Part shown: in pieces, positions 27,756 through 38,280 of the stretch
Position numbering within the stretch: the stretch's first letter is position 1
Layout: each line of letters opens with the position of its first letter
IMG/VR virus record: IMGVR_UViG_3300028030_000008
Span: 21,700 to 85,699 of that record
Length of the DNA: 64,000 nucleotides
Direction: 5' to 3' (one strand)
Source of the DNA: a virus
The notes under the pieces: model-generated
The model's input: the letters and a program-made list of their open reading frames with translations, nothing else
What the model was told of the DNA's origin: nothing
Database searches by the model: none
Translations under genes and position numbers: made by a program

Positions 27756-28058
27756 ATGAACGGGATAATAAGCAACGCAGACATTGATAAAAAGATAGAC
27801 GAACTTGCCGTTTTGTTTTCAACTCAATCCATTGAAGAAATAAAAAGCTGGCTTGAAATCCTAGACGAAAGAATAATAGAATGGGATGGAGTTGGCAGGT
27901 TGTGGGTAGTTAATAGCCTTGCGGCAGAAATACATGACCTCAGAGTTGATCGTGAGGAACTGCAAATAAATCTTGATAAATTAGAAGCTGAGTTTGGTGA
28001 ATTAGAGGCAAAATACGAAGAATTAAAGGAGGAGCACGGAGGCAACGATGATAAGTAA
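27756..28058 (+). CDS. Acidic coiled-coil protein
   Basis: Heptad-rich C-terminus. Confidence 0.55.
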   Translation: MNGIISNADIDKKIDELAVLFSTQSIEEIKSWLEILDERIIEWDGVGRLWVVNSLAAEIHDLRVDREELQINLDKLEAEFGELEAKYEELKEEHGGNDDK

Positions 28059-28419
28059 TCCCGTTTCATTTTTTACAGATGGGTACACTGAGCGCAAATT
28101 CACACACGAGGGTGGAGACACACTGTATCATTTTTGCCCACACGACAATGGGCTATCAAATGTTTTTGATACCAACATTGTGTTTTTTGCAAATAGCGAA
28201 CAACATGCTATGAAAGTGCTTCAAGATATGTTTGAGTTTGTAATTTCTTGCTTTAAGGAACACCTGAACAATAAGCCGTCAAATAGCCACATTACCCAAA
28301 AAAGGATGACAAGATACGCAACATATCTTACTGCATTACGCAAAGGGAAGATTCGGTTAGAGAAAGCTCCGACCAACCAGTTCTACAAGGTTGGATGGGC
28401 AGAGAACGATACTATTTAG
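28048..28419 (+). CDS. Hypothetical protein
   Basis: GGAGG RBS. Confidence 0.55.
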   Translation: MISNPVSFFTDGYTERKFTHEGGDTLYHFCPHDNGLSNVFDTNIVFFANSEQHAMKVLQDMFEFVISCFKEHLNNKPSNSHITQKRMTRYATYLTALRKGKIRLEKAPTNQFYKVGWAENDTI

Positions 28420-28428
28420 GAGGCGACT

Positions 28429-28668
28429 ATGGCAATGCGATTAACCGAAAAGCAAAAAGAGTTCATACAAATCACACTTGATGATATTGGGCGTCACGAT
28501 GGGGATACAAAGTGCTTTTGGGAATGTTTCCCAGCCGAAAGACGCACGGCGATTTCCTTGCAGAAAAAAGGGCTTGTTGAATTTAAGGACGGGGAAGAGC
28601 CGGTTGCTGGTAGTCACGACATGCTAATGGCGAGATTGACAAAGGCTGGACTAGAGGTGCTAAGATGA
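28429..28668 (+). CDS. Small wHTH-like protein
   Basis: SLQKKGLV..LTKAG wing motif. Confidence 0.5.
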   Translation: MAMRLTEKQKEFIQITLDDIGRHDGDTKCFWECFPAERRTAISLQKKGLVEFKDGEEPVAGSHDMLMARLTKAGLEVLR

Positions 28669-29261
28669 AAGCATGGCATGTTTTCTTGGCAGATGACCCG
28701 ATAGAGTATTCTGATATTGTTTTCGCCGAAACAAGTGGCAAAGCAAAGGCTGCTTTTGCTAACAACCAACTGCTTGATTTTACAGACGTGCGTTGTCGGC
28801 GTGTGCCAGAATTAGATGGGGAAGTATTGAACAAAGAGGCAATACATAACGCTGGATTTGGGCTTCACTGTGATAATTGCCAAGCGCTTACATACGATCC
28901 GTTTTTTATCCATGATATGGTATACTGTGAGGAGTGTAAAATGAAAATTCCACAAATGATGATTGGCAATGTAGCAAGATGTGGTAGCAAAGAACACACG
29001 CTAAAAGGTAGATGTGGCGAGCATGGTATAGAAATCTTCTGTAAGGATTGCGACGCCTTGATTTTATGGCCGACACCGGATATTAGAGAACTTGATCGAG
29101 ATAAAAAGATGCAACTACAGGTTGGCTTGGCAATGGGCTACAACGTTGATGAATTTACTATTAACCATTTTCTACTCGAAGGCGGTTTTAAGGTTGTCAA
29201 CAATAGCAACTTTGAACAAGCGTTTAATTATGTCAAGAACGCATTACTTAATACCCTTTAA
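28665..29261 (+). CDS. Cys-rich hypothetical protein
   Basis: IVFAETSGKAK motif, several CxxC. Confidence 0.6.
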   Translation: MKAWHVFLADDPIEYSDIVFAETSGKAKAAFANNQLLDFTDVRCRRVPELDGEVLNKEAIHNAGFGLHCDNCQALTYDPFFIHDMVYCEECKMKIPQMMIGNVARCGSKEHTLKGRCGEHGIEIFCKDCDALILWPTPDIRELDRDKKMQLQVGLAMGYNVDEFTINHFLLEGGFKVVNNSNFEQAFNYVKNALLNTL

Positions 29262-29301
29262 TTATGTCAAACGGCCACCTGTCAAAAACTGAGATGTAAA
29301 T

Positions 29302-29330
29302 TTGCCAAAATATAACAGGTGTGCTATAAT
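29302..29330 (+). promoter_or_regulatory. Promoter of DNA-metabolism operon
   Basis: TTGCCA-17bp-TATAAT with TG. Confidence 0.75.
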
Positions 29331-29352
29331 TCTTATGCAGGATAAATCAAAC

Positions 29353-29478
29353 GTCATTGGGGAATGACCAGTCATACACGCGCTAATCTCCTCATCTGTC
29401 AGGAGCTTTGTTTTTTACCCACTACGTTGCGTGGCGTAGGGTAAATTCCCCACAAGGCTTTTGACAAATGTGGAGATT
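29353..29478 (+). ncRNA. Second C4/CI-like antisense leader
   Basis: Hairpin 29385-29478; loop ATTCCCCA complements TGGGGAAT at 29358. Confidence 0.5.
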
Positions 29479-29522
29479 TTTAATTAGCAAAAGATTTTTA
29501 ATTAACGAAAGGAGCTAGTAAG

Positions 29523-29849
29523 ATGAACGATGATAGTGCAAAAATTCTTGGATGTTTCGGTAGTATTGTTGGCTTTATAGCATTGATGGTAGTCGGAAGT
29601 TTAGCGAGGGGGTGGGCGTTAGCTACAACTTGGGGATGGTTTATTGCGCCGTATTTCGGGCTACCGTCTCTCGGCGTAGTTCAAGCTATCGGCATTGCCC
29701 TGGTTGTATCTTTGCTAACATATCAAGGTACTGAAACAAAAGATGATGACAAAGACATACTAGAGGTACTGGCGTCACTTTTTGCAAGAGTGATATTTGT
29801 TCCTCTATTTTTTGTTGGTATTGGATGGATTGTGGTTCAATTTCTTTAA
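29523..29849 (+). CDS. Membrane protein (3 TM)
   Basis: W.WFIAPYFGLPSL...QAIGI pattern. Confidence 0.65.
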   Translation: MNDDSAKILGCFGSIVGFIALMVVGSLARGWALATTWGWFIAPYFGLPSLGVVQAIGIALVVSLLTYQGTETKDDDKDILEVLASLFARVIFVPLFFVGIGWIVVQFL

Positions 29850-29861
29850 TTGGAGGTTAAT

Positions 29862-30494
29862 GTGGAAATTAAAGCAGGTCAAGTATTCGAGGAATTAACG
29901 AATGGCACAGTGTTTGTTGTCAAGAAGGTTTTAGCGCCCGTCAACGGAAACCCTATTATCGCAGTTGATACGTTTGGACAAAGACGCAACATAGAGTACA
30001 TCAAGAAGGAATGTCGTCTTGTTAGTGAAAAAGCAATGTTTCCCGAAGAAGCGCCATCTTCATTCAAAATTAAGGTAGGTCAAACGTTTGAGGAACTATT
30101 AACCGGTAAAGTATTTACTGTTCAAGAGATTTTAACATCTATTGATGGTAGCAGAGCAGTTGCAATTGGTGCAAACGGCGAAAGATATGACACATCGTTC
30201 ATTAAAAGACAATGCCGTTTAATTGGGGTCAAAGAAGAAACCCCATTACCATCTAGTATTAAGGCGTACATCATAGAAAACCACACAGTTACACATTTTT
30301 CACAACAAGACCCCTGGACGTTTATAGAAATAATGGTTACTTATGAAGGCCATGAATACTCTGGTGTTGGCTTTGCTCGTAGGGTTTACAAGGATAAGTG
30401 GATCGCAGAACTCGGTAGGGATATTGCTCTTGGTAGAGCTATCAAGGACGTAATTCGCAACATTGCCAATAACGATTGGGCTATTCCATTTTAG
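29862..30494 (+). CDS. Hypothetical protein with tandem internal repeat
   Basis: IK.GQ.FEEL..G.VF.V repeated twice. Confidence 0.65.
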   Translation: MEIKAGQVFEELTNGTVFVVKKVLAPVNGNPIIAVDTFGQRRNIEYIKKECRLVSEKAMFPEEAPSSFKIKVGQTFEELLTGKVFTVQEILTSIDGSRAVAIGANGERYDTSFIKRQCRLIGVKEETPLPSSIKAYIIENHTVTHFSQQDPWTFIEIMVTYEGHEYSGVGFARRVYKDKWIAELGRDIALGRAIKDVIRNIANNDWAIPF

Positions 30495-30502
30495 GAGATA
30501 AA

Positions 30503-30916
30503 ATGACAGCTAGGGCTAAGGAAATCAAAGAAGACCTTTTCAAGCGTAATTTTGCGGAACTTGCCAAGGTGCTAAGTTCCGATGGTGTACTGCCCAGTGT
30601 TACTCTTTTGAGTGAAAAAAAAAACGTATTACCGCCCGCTGGCACGGAAGAAGCGTCTTTGTTTTTCAATATCAAAACGTATGTTGAGAAGAATTATCAA
30701 ATTAGTGACTTTTGGCAAAAAACTCCTTGGACTTATGTCGATGTGTATGTTGTTTACGATAATAGGTCTTATTTTGGTACAGGTTTTGTTCGCAGAAACT
30801 ATAAGGTTAAGTGGAATAAAGAGGCTGATATGGACGCTGCTTTGGCTAAAGCCATCGAAACTGCTACTTTTAGTATCATTAGTTTTTTAAGGAGACAAAA
30901 TGCTATTACTTGTTGA
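30503..30916 (+). CDS. Paralogue of C-terminal domain of previous gene
   Basis: Q..PWT...Y.G.GF.RR.YK.KW shared. Confidence 0.6.
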   Translation: MTARAKEIKEDLFKRNFAELAKVLSSDGVLPSVTLLSEKKNVLPPAGTEEASLFFNIKTYVEKNYQISDFWQKTPWTYVDVYVVYDNRSYFGTGFVRRNYKVKWNKEADMDAALAKAIETATFSIISFLRRQNAITC

Positions 30917-31766
30917 TGCAAACTCAGTATTCGCTAGAGGCTATTTTGCTCCGGTGGACGATGAATACCAAGACAGTAAGCACTTTGCGGTGTACAGATT
31001 TGGGCAACGTCTTATTTCCTTCCTAAAAGACTATGAGCCAGAAACAGTTGTGTTAGCGTGGGACGGCTCAGTTCTTGTCCGTAGAGAATGGTATCCAAAG
31101 TACAAGGTTGGGCGTAAGCCTAAACCGGACGACTATTATCAGCAAATGGATTACACTAAAGGACTTGCTTTTAATTCCGGTTTCCTGAACGTGGAAATCG
31201 AGAACAGGGAAGCGGATGATGTCATTGCGGCTTACGCGAACTCTCATCGCGCAAATGTGTTAATCGTTACAGGGGATACGGATTTACTTCAACTAGTATA
31301 TGCAGAAGATTTCCTCAGTGTTCAAGTGGAACTTTTGAAGTGGAATCCGAAGATTGGCTCTCATCGTTTGCGGTTTGCAGCCCCAAGAGATGTTTATGAT
31401 TATATGGGTGTTTGGCCTAGTTGTGTTGCGGACTACAAGGGGATAGTTGGGGATTCGTCTGATAACTTTCCTGGTGTCACTGGTGTTGGCAAGGCAAAAG
31501 TTGCGCCTTGGCTAGAAGAATATGGAACGCTTGAGGAAATCTATGACTTTCTTGATGATTTACCCGGTATGAGGTTAAAATCTGGAAAGTGGTCAGCGGT
31601 TAGGCAAAAAATGATTGATGGTGAGGAAATGGCTTTCTTGTGCAGAAAACTGGCTAGACCGTTACCAATTGAAAGCAATGAACTTTCGTTTCCATTATTA
31701 ACCCCAAAGGCACAAGACATTCACAGTGCAATTAAAAAATTCAGGGAGGTACATGGTGAAAATTAA
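30900..31766 (+). CDS. 5'-3' exonuclease/flap endonuclease (PolI N-terminal-like)
   Basis: LLVDANS, YK.GR, EADDVIA, TGDTDLLQL, GDSSDNFPGVTGVG. Confidence 0.92.
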   Translation: MLLLVDANSVFARGYFAPVDDEYQDSKHFAVYRFGQRLISFLKDYEPETVVLAWDGSVLVRREWYPKYKVGRKPKPDDYYQQMDYTKGLAFNSGFLNVEIENREADDVIAAYANSHRANVLIVTGDTDLLQLVYAEDFLSVQVELLKWNPKIGSHRLRFAAPRDVYDYMGVWPSCVADYKGIVGDSSDNFPGVTGVGKAKVAPWLEEYGTLEEIYDFLDDLPGMRLKSGKWSAVRQKMIDGEEMAFLCRKLARPLPIESNELSFPLLTPKAQDIHSAIKKFREVHGEN

Positions 31767-31971
31767 CATAGTAAATATTGGAATTGCCAGAAAAATGAAT
31801 GGAATAAAAGCTGCTCCTGCGGTTATTATTCTTGTCGAAAAGATACCAAGAGAGCGCACTTGTGAATACCATGAGGAACAAGCTCGTCTTCTTGCAAAAA
31901 CTCTTGAGGACGCATTGCCATATAGCACGCTAAAGAGTCTCACTAATACATTGCATCGAAGGTGGGGATAA
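31753..31971 (+). CDS. Hypothetical protein (paralogue of next)
   Basis: Y..EQA..LA..L..ALP shared. Confidence 0.5.
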   Translation: MVKINIVNIGIARKMNGIKAAPAVIILVEKIPRERTCEYHEEQARLLAKTLEDALPYSTLKSLTNTLHRRWG

Positions 31972-32400
31972 ATGAAAATAGTGAAATGCAGTATTGCTAA
32001 TCCACTTAATGACACAGAAGCGAAAAAGGCAATAATCGAGCTAACACACGGGCTGCCAAAAACCAACTCTTTACCAGAGACAGAGAGATACTTCGACGAA
32101 CAAGCGCAAGAAATAGCTAATGCTTTGTTTGAAGCGTTACCGCAAGGAACGTTTGACAGATTGGTAATTGCACTTATGTCAAAGAAGATGTCTCTGTATC
32201 ATGGAGTGTGTTCTAGTCTTGGCCGACAAATTCATTGGATGCCAGCTAGTGAAGCACTTCCTGTTGTTGGCTGGCTTGTACTTACAGTGGGTACTGATGG
32301 TGTTCTTGTTGGCACATATCATGTGGTTTTTAGGGGGTTGAATGGCGAAGAAATTCACGGCGTTACACATTGGGCTTACGTATCGGATATAGTACCATGA
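31972..32400 (+). CDS. Hypothetical protein with DUF551-like C-terminus
   Basis: WMPASEALP..VTHW. Confidence 0.55.
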   Translation: MKIVKCSIANPLNDTEAKKAIIELTHGLPKTNSLPETERYFDEQAQEIANALFEALPQGTFDRLVIALMSKKMSLYHGVCSSLGRQIHWMPASEALPVVGWLVLTVGTDGVLVGTYHVVFRGLNGEEIHGVTHWAYVSDIVP

Positions 32401-33155
32401 CAAAACTTCCCTTGATTGGGGAATTTTCACGCAACTCTATAGTTCAAGGTGACTGTGGAGAGTTGCTTGATAAACTTCCCGACGAGAGCATTGACTTGGT
32501 GATAACATCGCCACCTTACAATATGCTTGTGTCTTCTGGTGGTGGCGTGAAAAATAGTATGTCCGGTGGATGGGCAGCAGAACTAAGAAACGGTTACGAC
32601 AACTACGGGGACGATATGACTTGGCCTGAGTATATGGGATGGCAATATGAAATCTTGTTGAAGTTGTGGAGAGTTATCAAGCCAACTGGCGCAATCTTTT
32701 ACAATCACAAGCCACGTGTCCAATATGGGAAACTCGTATGGGCTATTCAGTGGATACCGGAGTCTACGCCGGTACGCCAGATGATTATTTGGCGAAGACC
32801 GGGAGGGTTAAACCACTCGAAGACTTTTTTCACCAACCAACACGAACATATTTGGTTACTAGCCAAGCCGGATTTCAAACTCAAAGGGAAGGGTATAATG
32901 GGTGATGTATGGGAAATGAAACCCGCGAAAAATCCTCATCCTGCGCCATTCCCGATTGACCTACCACGTAGGGCGTTGGTAGCATCTAAAATCCCAGATG
33001 GCGGCATTGTCCTTGACCCGTTTATGGGGAGCGGGACTACCGCCGTAGCGTGTAAGGAGGCTGGTATAAACTATCTTGGGTTTGAGCTTTCAGAGAAATA
33101 CATTGGGTGGGCTAACGAAAGACTTACTGCTATACCTGTAAGTTTTTCGACGTAA
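32397..33155 (+). CDS. N4-cytosine/N6-adenine DNA methyltransferase (beta class)
   Basis: TSPPY, HPAPFP, DPFMGSGTT. Confidence 0.92.
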   Translation: MTKLPLIGEFSRNSIVQGDCGELLDKLPDESIDLVITSPPYNMLVSSGGGVKNSMSGGWAAELRNGYDNYGDDMTWPEYMGWQYEILLKLWRVIKPTGAIFYNHKPRVQYGKLVWAIQWIPESTPVRQMIIWRRPGGLNHSKTFFTNQHEHIWLLAKPDFKLKGKGIMGDVWEMKPAKNPHPAPFPIDLPRRALVASKIPDGGIVLDPFMGSGTTAVACKEAGINYLGFELSEKYIGWANERLTAIPVSFST

Positions 33156-33274
33156 AAAGAGGTCGCCCGGCTGTGGGGACCGGGCGATTGAGAAAAAGGA
33201 GTAAGTATGGGGGAGTGTGGAGGCATTGGTATTGTACCTCACTATTTTTATTCAGTCAAGAAAAGGAGAGTAGT

Positions 33275-33838
33275 ATGGACGCAAAACAATTACAATTCAC
33301 AGTAACGTCGCTTGAGCCCGCTGTACGTAAAATACTCGAAACCGGATGGAACGGTGTACCTGGCGGTTCAGCCAGGCATGTTTTTAATGTAGTGATAGCG
33401 TGTGTCAATGGGACTTTAGTTGAGGACGCAGCATATTCGATGGATGCAGATTTCAGGAAAGCTGTTTTCGATTTAGATAAAGTAATTGATGTCAAAATCT
33501 ATCTCGAAAATGTATTGAGCGCTATCCTTGATATTGCCGGCGACTACAGTTTTTCTGTTGAAAACTTCCTTGTGTTAAGAGATGAAGAACGACTGGATAT
33601 GCTTCACCTGTTTTACAGCGACGATCTTGGAAAAGTTAAGCGTGTTCACTCTATTGGGGACAAGATATTTGTTATCGAGACTTACGCCCCGTTTCACGAC
33701 AGTGCACTGTTTTTCCCGTACTTTATCAACTTTGACGGAGACCGTGATAATTGCGTGTGGTTCTATGATATAAACCACGCAATCCTAATGGAAATCTCCG
33801 CGAAGTGGGGAGATGCGTTAATTAAATTAGTATCCTAA
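33275..33838 (+). CDS. Hypothetical protein
   Basis: AAGGAG RBS before ATG 33275. Confidence 0.6.
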   Translation: MDAKQLQFTVTSLEPAVRKILETGWNGVPGGSARHVFNVVIACVNGTLVEDAAYSMDADFRKAVFDLDKVIDVKIYLENVLSAILDIAGDYSFSVENFLVLRDEERLDMLHLFYSDDLGKVKRVHSIGDKIFVIETYAPFHDSALFFPYFINFDGDRDNCVWFYDINHAILMEISAKWGDALIKLVS

Positions 33839-33875
33839 AACCCCAAAACCTGGTATAATCACAAAAGGAGATTTC

Positions 33876-35027
33876 ATGCAGACATTTAAGTTTGCCCATA
33901 TCGCCGACGCTCATATTGGGCACGGGCAATGGTGGGGAGAGATAAAGAAGAAGCGCAGAGAAGACTTTGGTAACGCCTTCCTGTACGCAATTGATATGAT
34001 GATTTACCATGCTGTTGATTTTGTGGTGGACGCCGGCGATTTGGTTGATAAGCAATTTGCCCCGGAGTGGGATAGGTCTTTTGTGAGAGAAGGGCTTAAC
34101 AGGCTAAAGCAGAGTGGTATCCCATACTACGCAATTGACGGCAACCACAATTACAAGGACAGTATTGACGGGTTGTCTTTGCTGGACGAACTGGAAGATA
34201 TGGGGCTAGTTGAGCAAGTTGGTGAGTGGGCGCAGGTTTCATTGCAAGACGGTATCAGTATTGGTATATGTGGTTTGCCTTGGTCTGGCGCAGCTACACA
34301 GTCCTTACTCTCAAGTATCGGAGCGCCTGATTTTACCTCGCATTACAACATTCTTGTTGCTCATTGCGGCTTGGAAGGTTTAATGCCTCAAATGTACCCA
34401 GAAACAGTTCCTCTTGAAACATTCTACGGTATGAAATCCTATATTGATTACGTCGCTCTCGGTCACATTCACAAGCCGTTTAATGATGGCTTTATCAGGA
34501 TGCCGGGTTCTCCCGAAGTCTTGAATAAGGGTGAGGCTAATTACGATGGCGGTATCAACATTGTTACCGTAACTATTGACGATGATGGCAAGGCGACAAC
34601 CGAAGTCGAAAAAGTGGGAGTACCGCGCCGTCCCTGGGTATTTCTCGAAAGTGATGTTGGAAAATTTGACACCACAAGGGAGCTTTTTGCTGACATTCAA
34701 GATCAGATTGGGGATGAGGGGTTTTCTCATTTTACAAAAGAGCCAATTGTTGTTGTTGAGTTGACCGGGGGAAAAACATTCAGAGTCAATCGTCAAGGTA
34801 TCAGAGAGAGTATGGCAAAAGCGTATGGTGTATTTGTTTGTCAAATTGACGACAACTCTGTTCCCGTTGGAGTAGATACGGATGTTGAATTAACCGGCAA
34901 ACTAGCGTCTGAAATCGAGGTAGAGTTTTTTGGAAGGAACTTGGGTGATGACGCTCAAACTGCTCTTGAAATTAAGCGTCTGGTGTTGGCTGGATTTGAC
35001 AGTGAGAGAATATTGGAGGTGCTATGA
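33876..35027 (+). CDS. SbcD/Mre11-like nuclease
   Basis: HIADAHIG, AGDL, GNHN, ALGHIH, PGSPE. Confidence 0.9.
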   Translation: MQTFKFAHIADAHIGHGQWWGEIKKKRREDFGNAFLYAIDMMIYHAVDFVVDAGDLVDKQFAPEWDRSFVREGLNRLKQSGIPYYAIDGNHNYKDSIDGLSLLDELEDMGLVEQVGEWAQVSLQDGISIGICGLPWSGAATQSLLSSIGAPDFTSHYNILVAHCGLEGLMPQMYPETVPLETFYGMKSYIDYVALGHIHKPFNDGFIRMPGSPEVLNKGEANYDGGINIVTVTIDDDGKATTEVEKVGVPRRPWVFLESDVGKFDTTRELFADIQDQIGDEGFSHFTKEPIVVVELTGGKTFRVNRQGIRESMAKAYGVFVCQIDDNSVPVGVDTDVELTGKLASEIEVEFFGRNLGDDAQTALEIKRLVLAGFDSERILEVL

Positions 35028-35449
35028 AAAAGCAAACTACTCTGGTTGTACAACGGGCGGATATTGATAAGCTTGATTGCGATTTACTTTTGTCTGATTT
35101 TGGTATTGACGCAACAGATGAGGAGCAGTATTACCGTGTCGGCATTGTCAACAATGGAGTGTGTGGAATATCGAGACTTTTGCTGAAAAACACAACACCG
35201 CATGACGCTTATGCGCTAAAACTTACTTCTGGTAACATAACAATTAGCGTCATTGCTGAGTGCATAGGTGCTGTTGCAAAATCGGTAAACTCTGGTATAG
35301 CTACAGTTGACATCTTTTGCAATTGCCGCCCTAGTACCGGTGATAGCGTGGGTGGTATTATCGTCGAGCTAAAAGATAATTTCGGGAATGGACAAAACTG
35401 CTATACGCATGAAGCGCTCCTTGATGTTGTTGAGGTGTTAAATGGTTAA
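35024..35449 (+). CDS. Hypothetical protein between sbcD- and sbcC-like genes
   Basis: Overlap-coupled on both sides. Confidence 0.55.
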   Translation: MKKQTTLVVQRADIDKLDCDLLLSDFGIDATDEEQYYRVGIVNNGVCGISRLLLKNTTPHDAYALKLTSGNITISVIAECIGAVAKSVNSGIATVDIFCNCRPSTGDSVGGIIVELKDNFGNGQNCYTHEALLDVVEVLNG

Positions 35450-37796
35450 ATCAATTCAACTCAAGGATTTTTGTTCTCACGAAGATACTTTTATCGAGTT
35501 CACGAGTGGCGTTAATGTAATTACAGGGCAATCCGACGCCGGTAAGTCAAATATCATTTACGCCATTCAGCTTGCGTTATTCGATTCCGTCGCCAGTAAA
35601 TTCAATAAAATGAGCGATATGATTAAGTGGGGCGCAACGGTAGCGGAGATTGAGATTAGCCTTGAGTTTGCAGGACAAGAGGCTACCATCGAGCGTACCA
35701 TTACTAAATCGTCAAGCTCTTGGCGATTAGAGACACCGGATGGAATTTACAAAGGTTCAAAAGAAGTAATCCCTCATCTTCTTGGTTTTCTTCAACTTTC
35801 CCCAACAACAAACTTGCCCGTTCTATGGGACAATGCAATAGCCATCAATCAATTTGGCGTAAAGGATGGTTTCGAGAATACACCGACCAAGCGTAAAGAA
35901 ATCTTCAACAAAGTGCTTGGCGTTGATGATTATAACTACGTGTGGGGGAAGTTGGCCGGTGCGGTTTCTTTGCTGAAAGAACAACAGCAAGGGAAAAAAG
36001 AAAGCGTCATAGCGCTTGAACCCATTGCATCTCAGCTTGACGATTTAGCCACAGAGCTTGATATGATGTCAGATAGAAAGACTGAGATTGAAGGGACTCT
36101 TGTGTCAAAGGATGAGGAGCTTGGTGAGCTAAAGTCTCGATTAGACGAACTGGAAGGTGTAAAGGGCAAGATTGATACACTTAAGCAGGAAGTCGAGCAA
36201 CTGAAAAATAAACTTGCTGTAGCGAATAACGAGCTTGCTGCAATTGACATTGAAATTGAGAGCGCTCGTGCAAGTGGGGTAGTTGTTGCAGAGCTAGAAG
36301 TCAAAGTTAAGTCCCTTCAAGAGAGTCAAGAAAAACTCAAGGCGCTTGAGGAAGCGCTAAATTTAGCCTATGAGCAATTGAGAAAATACGACCAACTTGA
36401 TGCACAGGGCAAATCAATAGATGCGGAAATTAGCGTCCTGAAAGATAAACTTGCACGCAGGGATGTTTACCTTGATGAACTCGACAGAAATGAGGGCATA
36501 GAAAATGAGGTTCGTTCTCTGTCTAGTAAGGTTGATGAGGAAACAAGAAAACATGCAGCCGATACTGTAGCGGTTAATCTGGAAATTACTCAACACGAAG
36601 GCGTAATTAAAAATCTCAAAAGTGGCTATGGTGTATGCCCAACTTGTGGCTCTGTTCTAAATGATGATTATTGTAGCCTAAGAGTCAGTAAGCTGGAAGG
36701 CGAACTTGAGTCTCTTAGATTGCGTAAGGCGGAGCTAAATAACCGAGATAGCGAGCGCAATAAGGCGTTAATAAGTATGCGCTCAAAGTTAGACAACTTA
36801 CGCGCAAAACAAGGCAGGGTGCGCTTTGTAAGAGACGAGTTGTCTCGTTTTGATGGTACCGAAGACGATATAAGAATAAAGGAAAAATTACGAGAGAGTA
36901 TTGCCGCTCAACTGATGTATATGGCGCGTCCTAGCATACAGGAGGCAAAAGAGCTTGTTGATTTAGCCAAAGCGGAAGTTGATGCTTTTGGTAGAATCGA
37001 AGCTAATTTGGCTGTGGCGCAATCAAGTGCAAATAAGTTACCGTTACTTTTTGACAAAAGAAATAAGTTGCAAGAGTGGATTAGCTCTCTTCAAGAAAAC
37101 GTCAATGCTGTGTCTCTCCGGCTTAGTGATCTAGAGGGTGAGTTTAGTCAAGAGTTGCTGTTTGATACGCGCAATTCCGTTACATCGGTATCTACAGAAA
37201 TCGCGGCATTAAACGCAGAGTTACACTCGCTCGAAAAAAGCATCAGAGAAGTATCTGTTAGGTATAGGCAGGCCGAAGAAGCAAAGTCTTCTCTCGATAA
37301 ACTTGCGCTTGATATGAAGGCGGATGAGAAAAAGATGACTCGTCTGACAAGCATTAGGGGGACAATCCGCGAAGCGGCTGGTGTTATCGCCGGTAAGTTA
37401 GTGCCAATCATTTCCCATGAGGCAAGCAAGATGTTCCAAAAGGCGTGGGAAGGGCGCAAGGATGTTTCTCTTGAGTGGACACCGGACTACGCTATCAATA
37501 TTACTATTGACGAGCAAGAAATTGGCTACACTTCCGGTGGGGGGATGCAGGTACTCGCCGCTCTTGCCGTTAGGCTTGCAGCGATGAAAACTATTGGCTC
37601 AATTGGGCTTTTGGTGGCAGACGAGATAAGTATGGGCGCTGTTGACGATGAGCTTAAAGAGGTTGTTCCAAGCATGATAGCAGATGTTTCTGAATACTCT
37701 CAAGTGATAGCTATAGATCACGGCGGGCTATTTGACAATGTAATTTCAAATAAAATAAAGGTGTGGTATAGGGATGGAAAATCAATTATTAGCTAA
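35442..37796 (+). CDS. SbcC/Rad50-like SMC ATPase
   Basis: GQSDAGKS, coiled coil, CPTCG hook, SGGG, LLVADE. Confidence 0.9.
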   Translation: MVKSIQLKDFCSHEDTFIEFTSGVNVITGQSDAGKSNIIYAIQLALFDSVASKFNKMSDMIKWGATVAEIEISLEFAGQEATIERTITKSSSSWRLETPDGIYKGSKEVIPHLLGFLQLSPTTNLPVLWDNAIAINQFGVKDGFENTPTKRKEIFNKVLGVDDYNYVWGKLAGAVSLLKEQQQGKKESVIALEPIASQLDDLATELDMMSDRKTEIEGTLVSKDEELGELKSRLDELEGVKGKIDTLKQEVEQLKNKLAVANNELAAIDIEIESARASGVVVAELEVKVKSLQESQEKLKALEEALNLAYEQLRKYDQLDAQGKSIDAEISVLKDKLARRDVYLDELDRNEGIENEVRSLSSKVDEETRKHAADTVAVNLEITQHEGVIKNLKSGYGVCPTCGSVLNDDYCSLRVSKLEGELESLRLRKAELNNRDSERNKALISMRSKLDNLRAKQGRVRFVRDELSRFDGTEDDIRIKEKLRESIAAQLMYMARPSIQEAKELVDLAKAEVDAFGRIEANLAVAQSSANKLPLLFDKRNKLQEWISSLQENVNAVSLRLSDLEGEFSQELLFDTRNSVTSVSTEIAALNAELHSLEKSIREVSVRYRQAEEAKSSLDKLALDMKADEKKMTRLTSIRGTIREAAGVIAGKLVPIISHEASKMFQKAWEGRKDVSLEWTPDYAINITIDEQEIGYTSGGGMQVLAALAVRLAAMKTIGSIGLLVADEISMGAVDDELKEVVPSMIADVSEYSQVIAIDHGGLFDNVISNKIKVWYRDGKSIIS

Positions 37797-38280
37797 AGTT
37801 GTTAATTTACACATATCTTCTTATATCGGGACGGCAATTGGCGCAACTCATTTTTACGGTGAACTTCAAATGCGCGGCGAGGGTGATGTTGAGTTGTTTA
37901 ACGTTTTAACAACAAAACAAGCCATTCGCCTTAGAAAAGAAGGGTATAGCCACTACGAAGCAGGTGACAAGTACAGAGGTTTTGAATGTAAAGACGATGC
38001 GATAGCCGAGGGCAAGAGGGTATGGAAAGAGCATTTTCCAGACGCGCAATTTCTTGTTCTTGGGAAGGTTATTCATATTGAACCCAAAAAACTACTAGAT
38101 GCGCCCAATGACGATGTGATAGCCGAGGTAAATGCTATCGTCGATGAATACGACGAGCGTATGAAGAAATACGAAGGCCGGAAAAACCTCAGAAAACCAA
38201 TCAGCATGGAAGATGAAAGATTTTTCGACGATAGCTACAAGGAGTGGGTAAGGTTGCTAAATGAAGCTATTACAAACTAA
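37774..38280 (+). CDS. Hypothetical protein
   Basis: Coupled ORF. Confidence 0.55.
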   Translation: MENQLLAKVVNLHISSYIGTAIGATHFYGELQMRGEGDVELFNVLTTKQAIRLRKEGYSHYEAGDKYRGFECKDDAIAEGKRVWKEHFPDAQFLVLGKVIHIEPKKLLDAPNDDVIAEVNAIVDEYDERMKKYEGRKNLRKPISMEDERFFDDSYKEWVRLLNEAITN

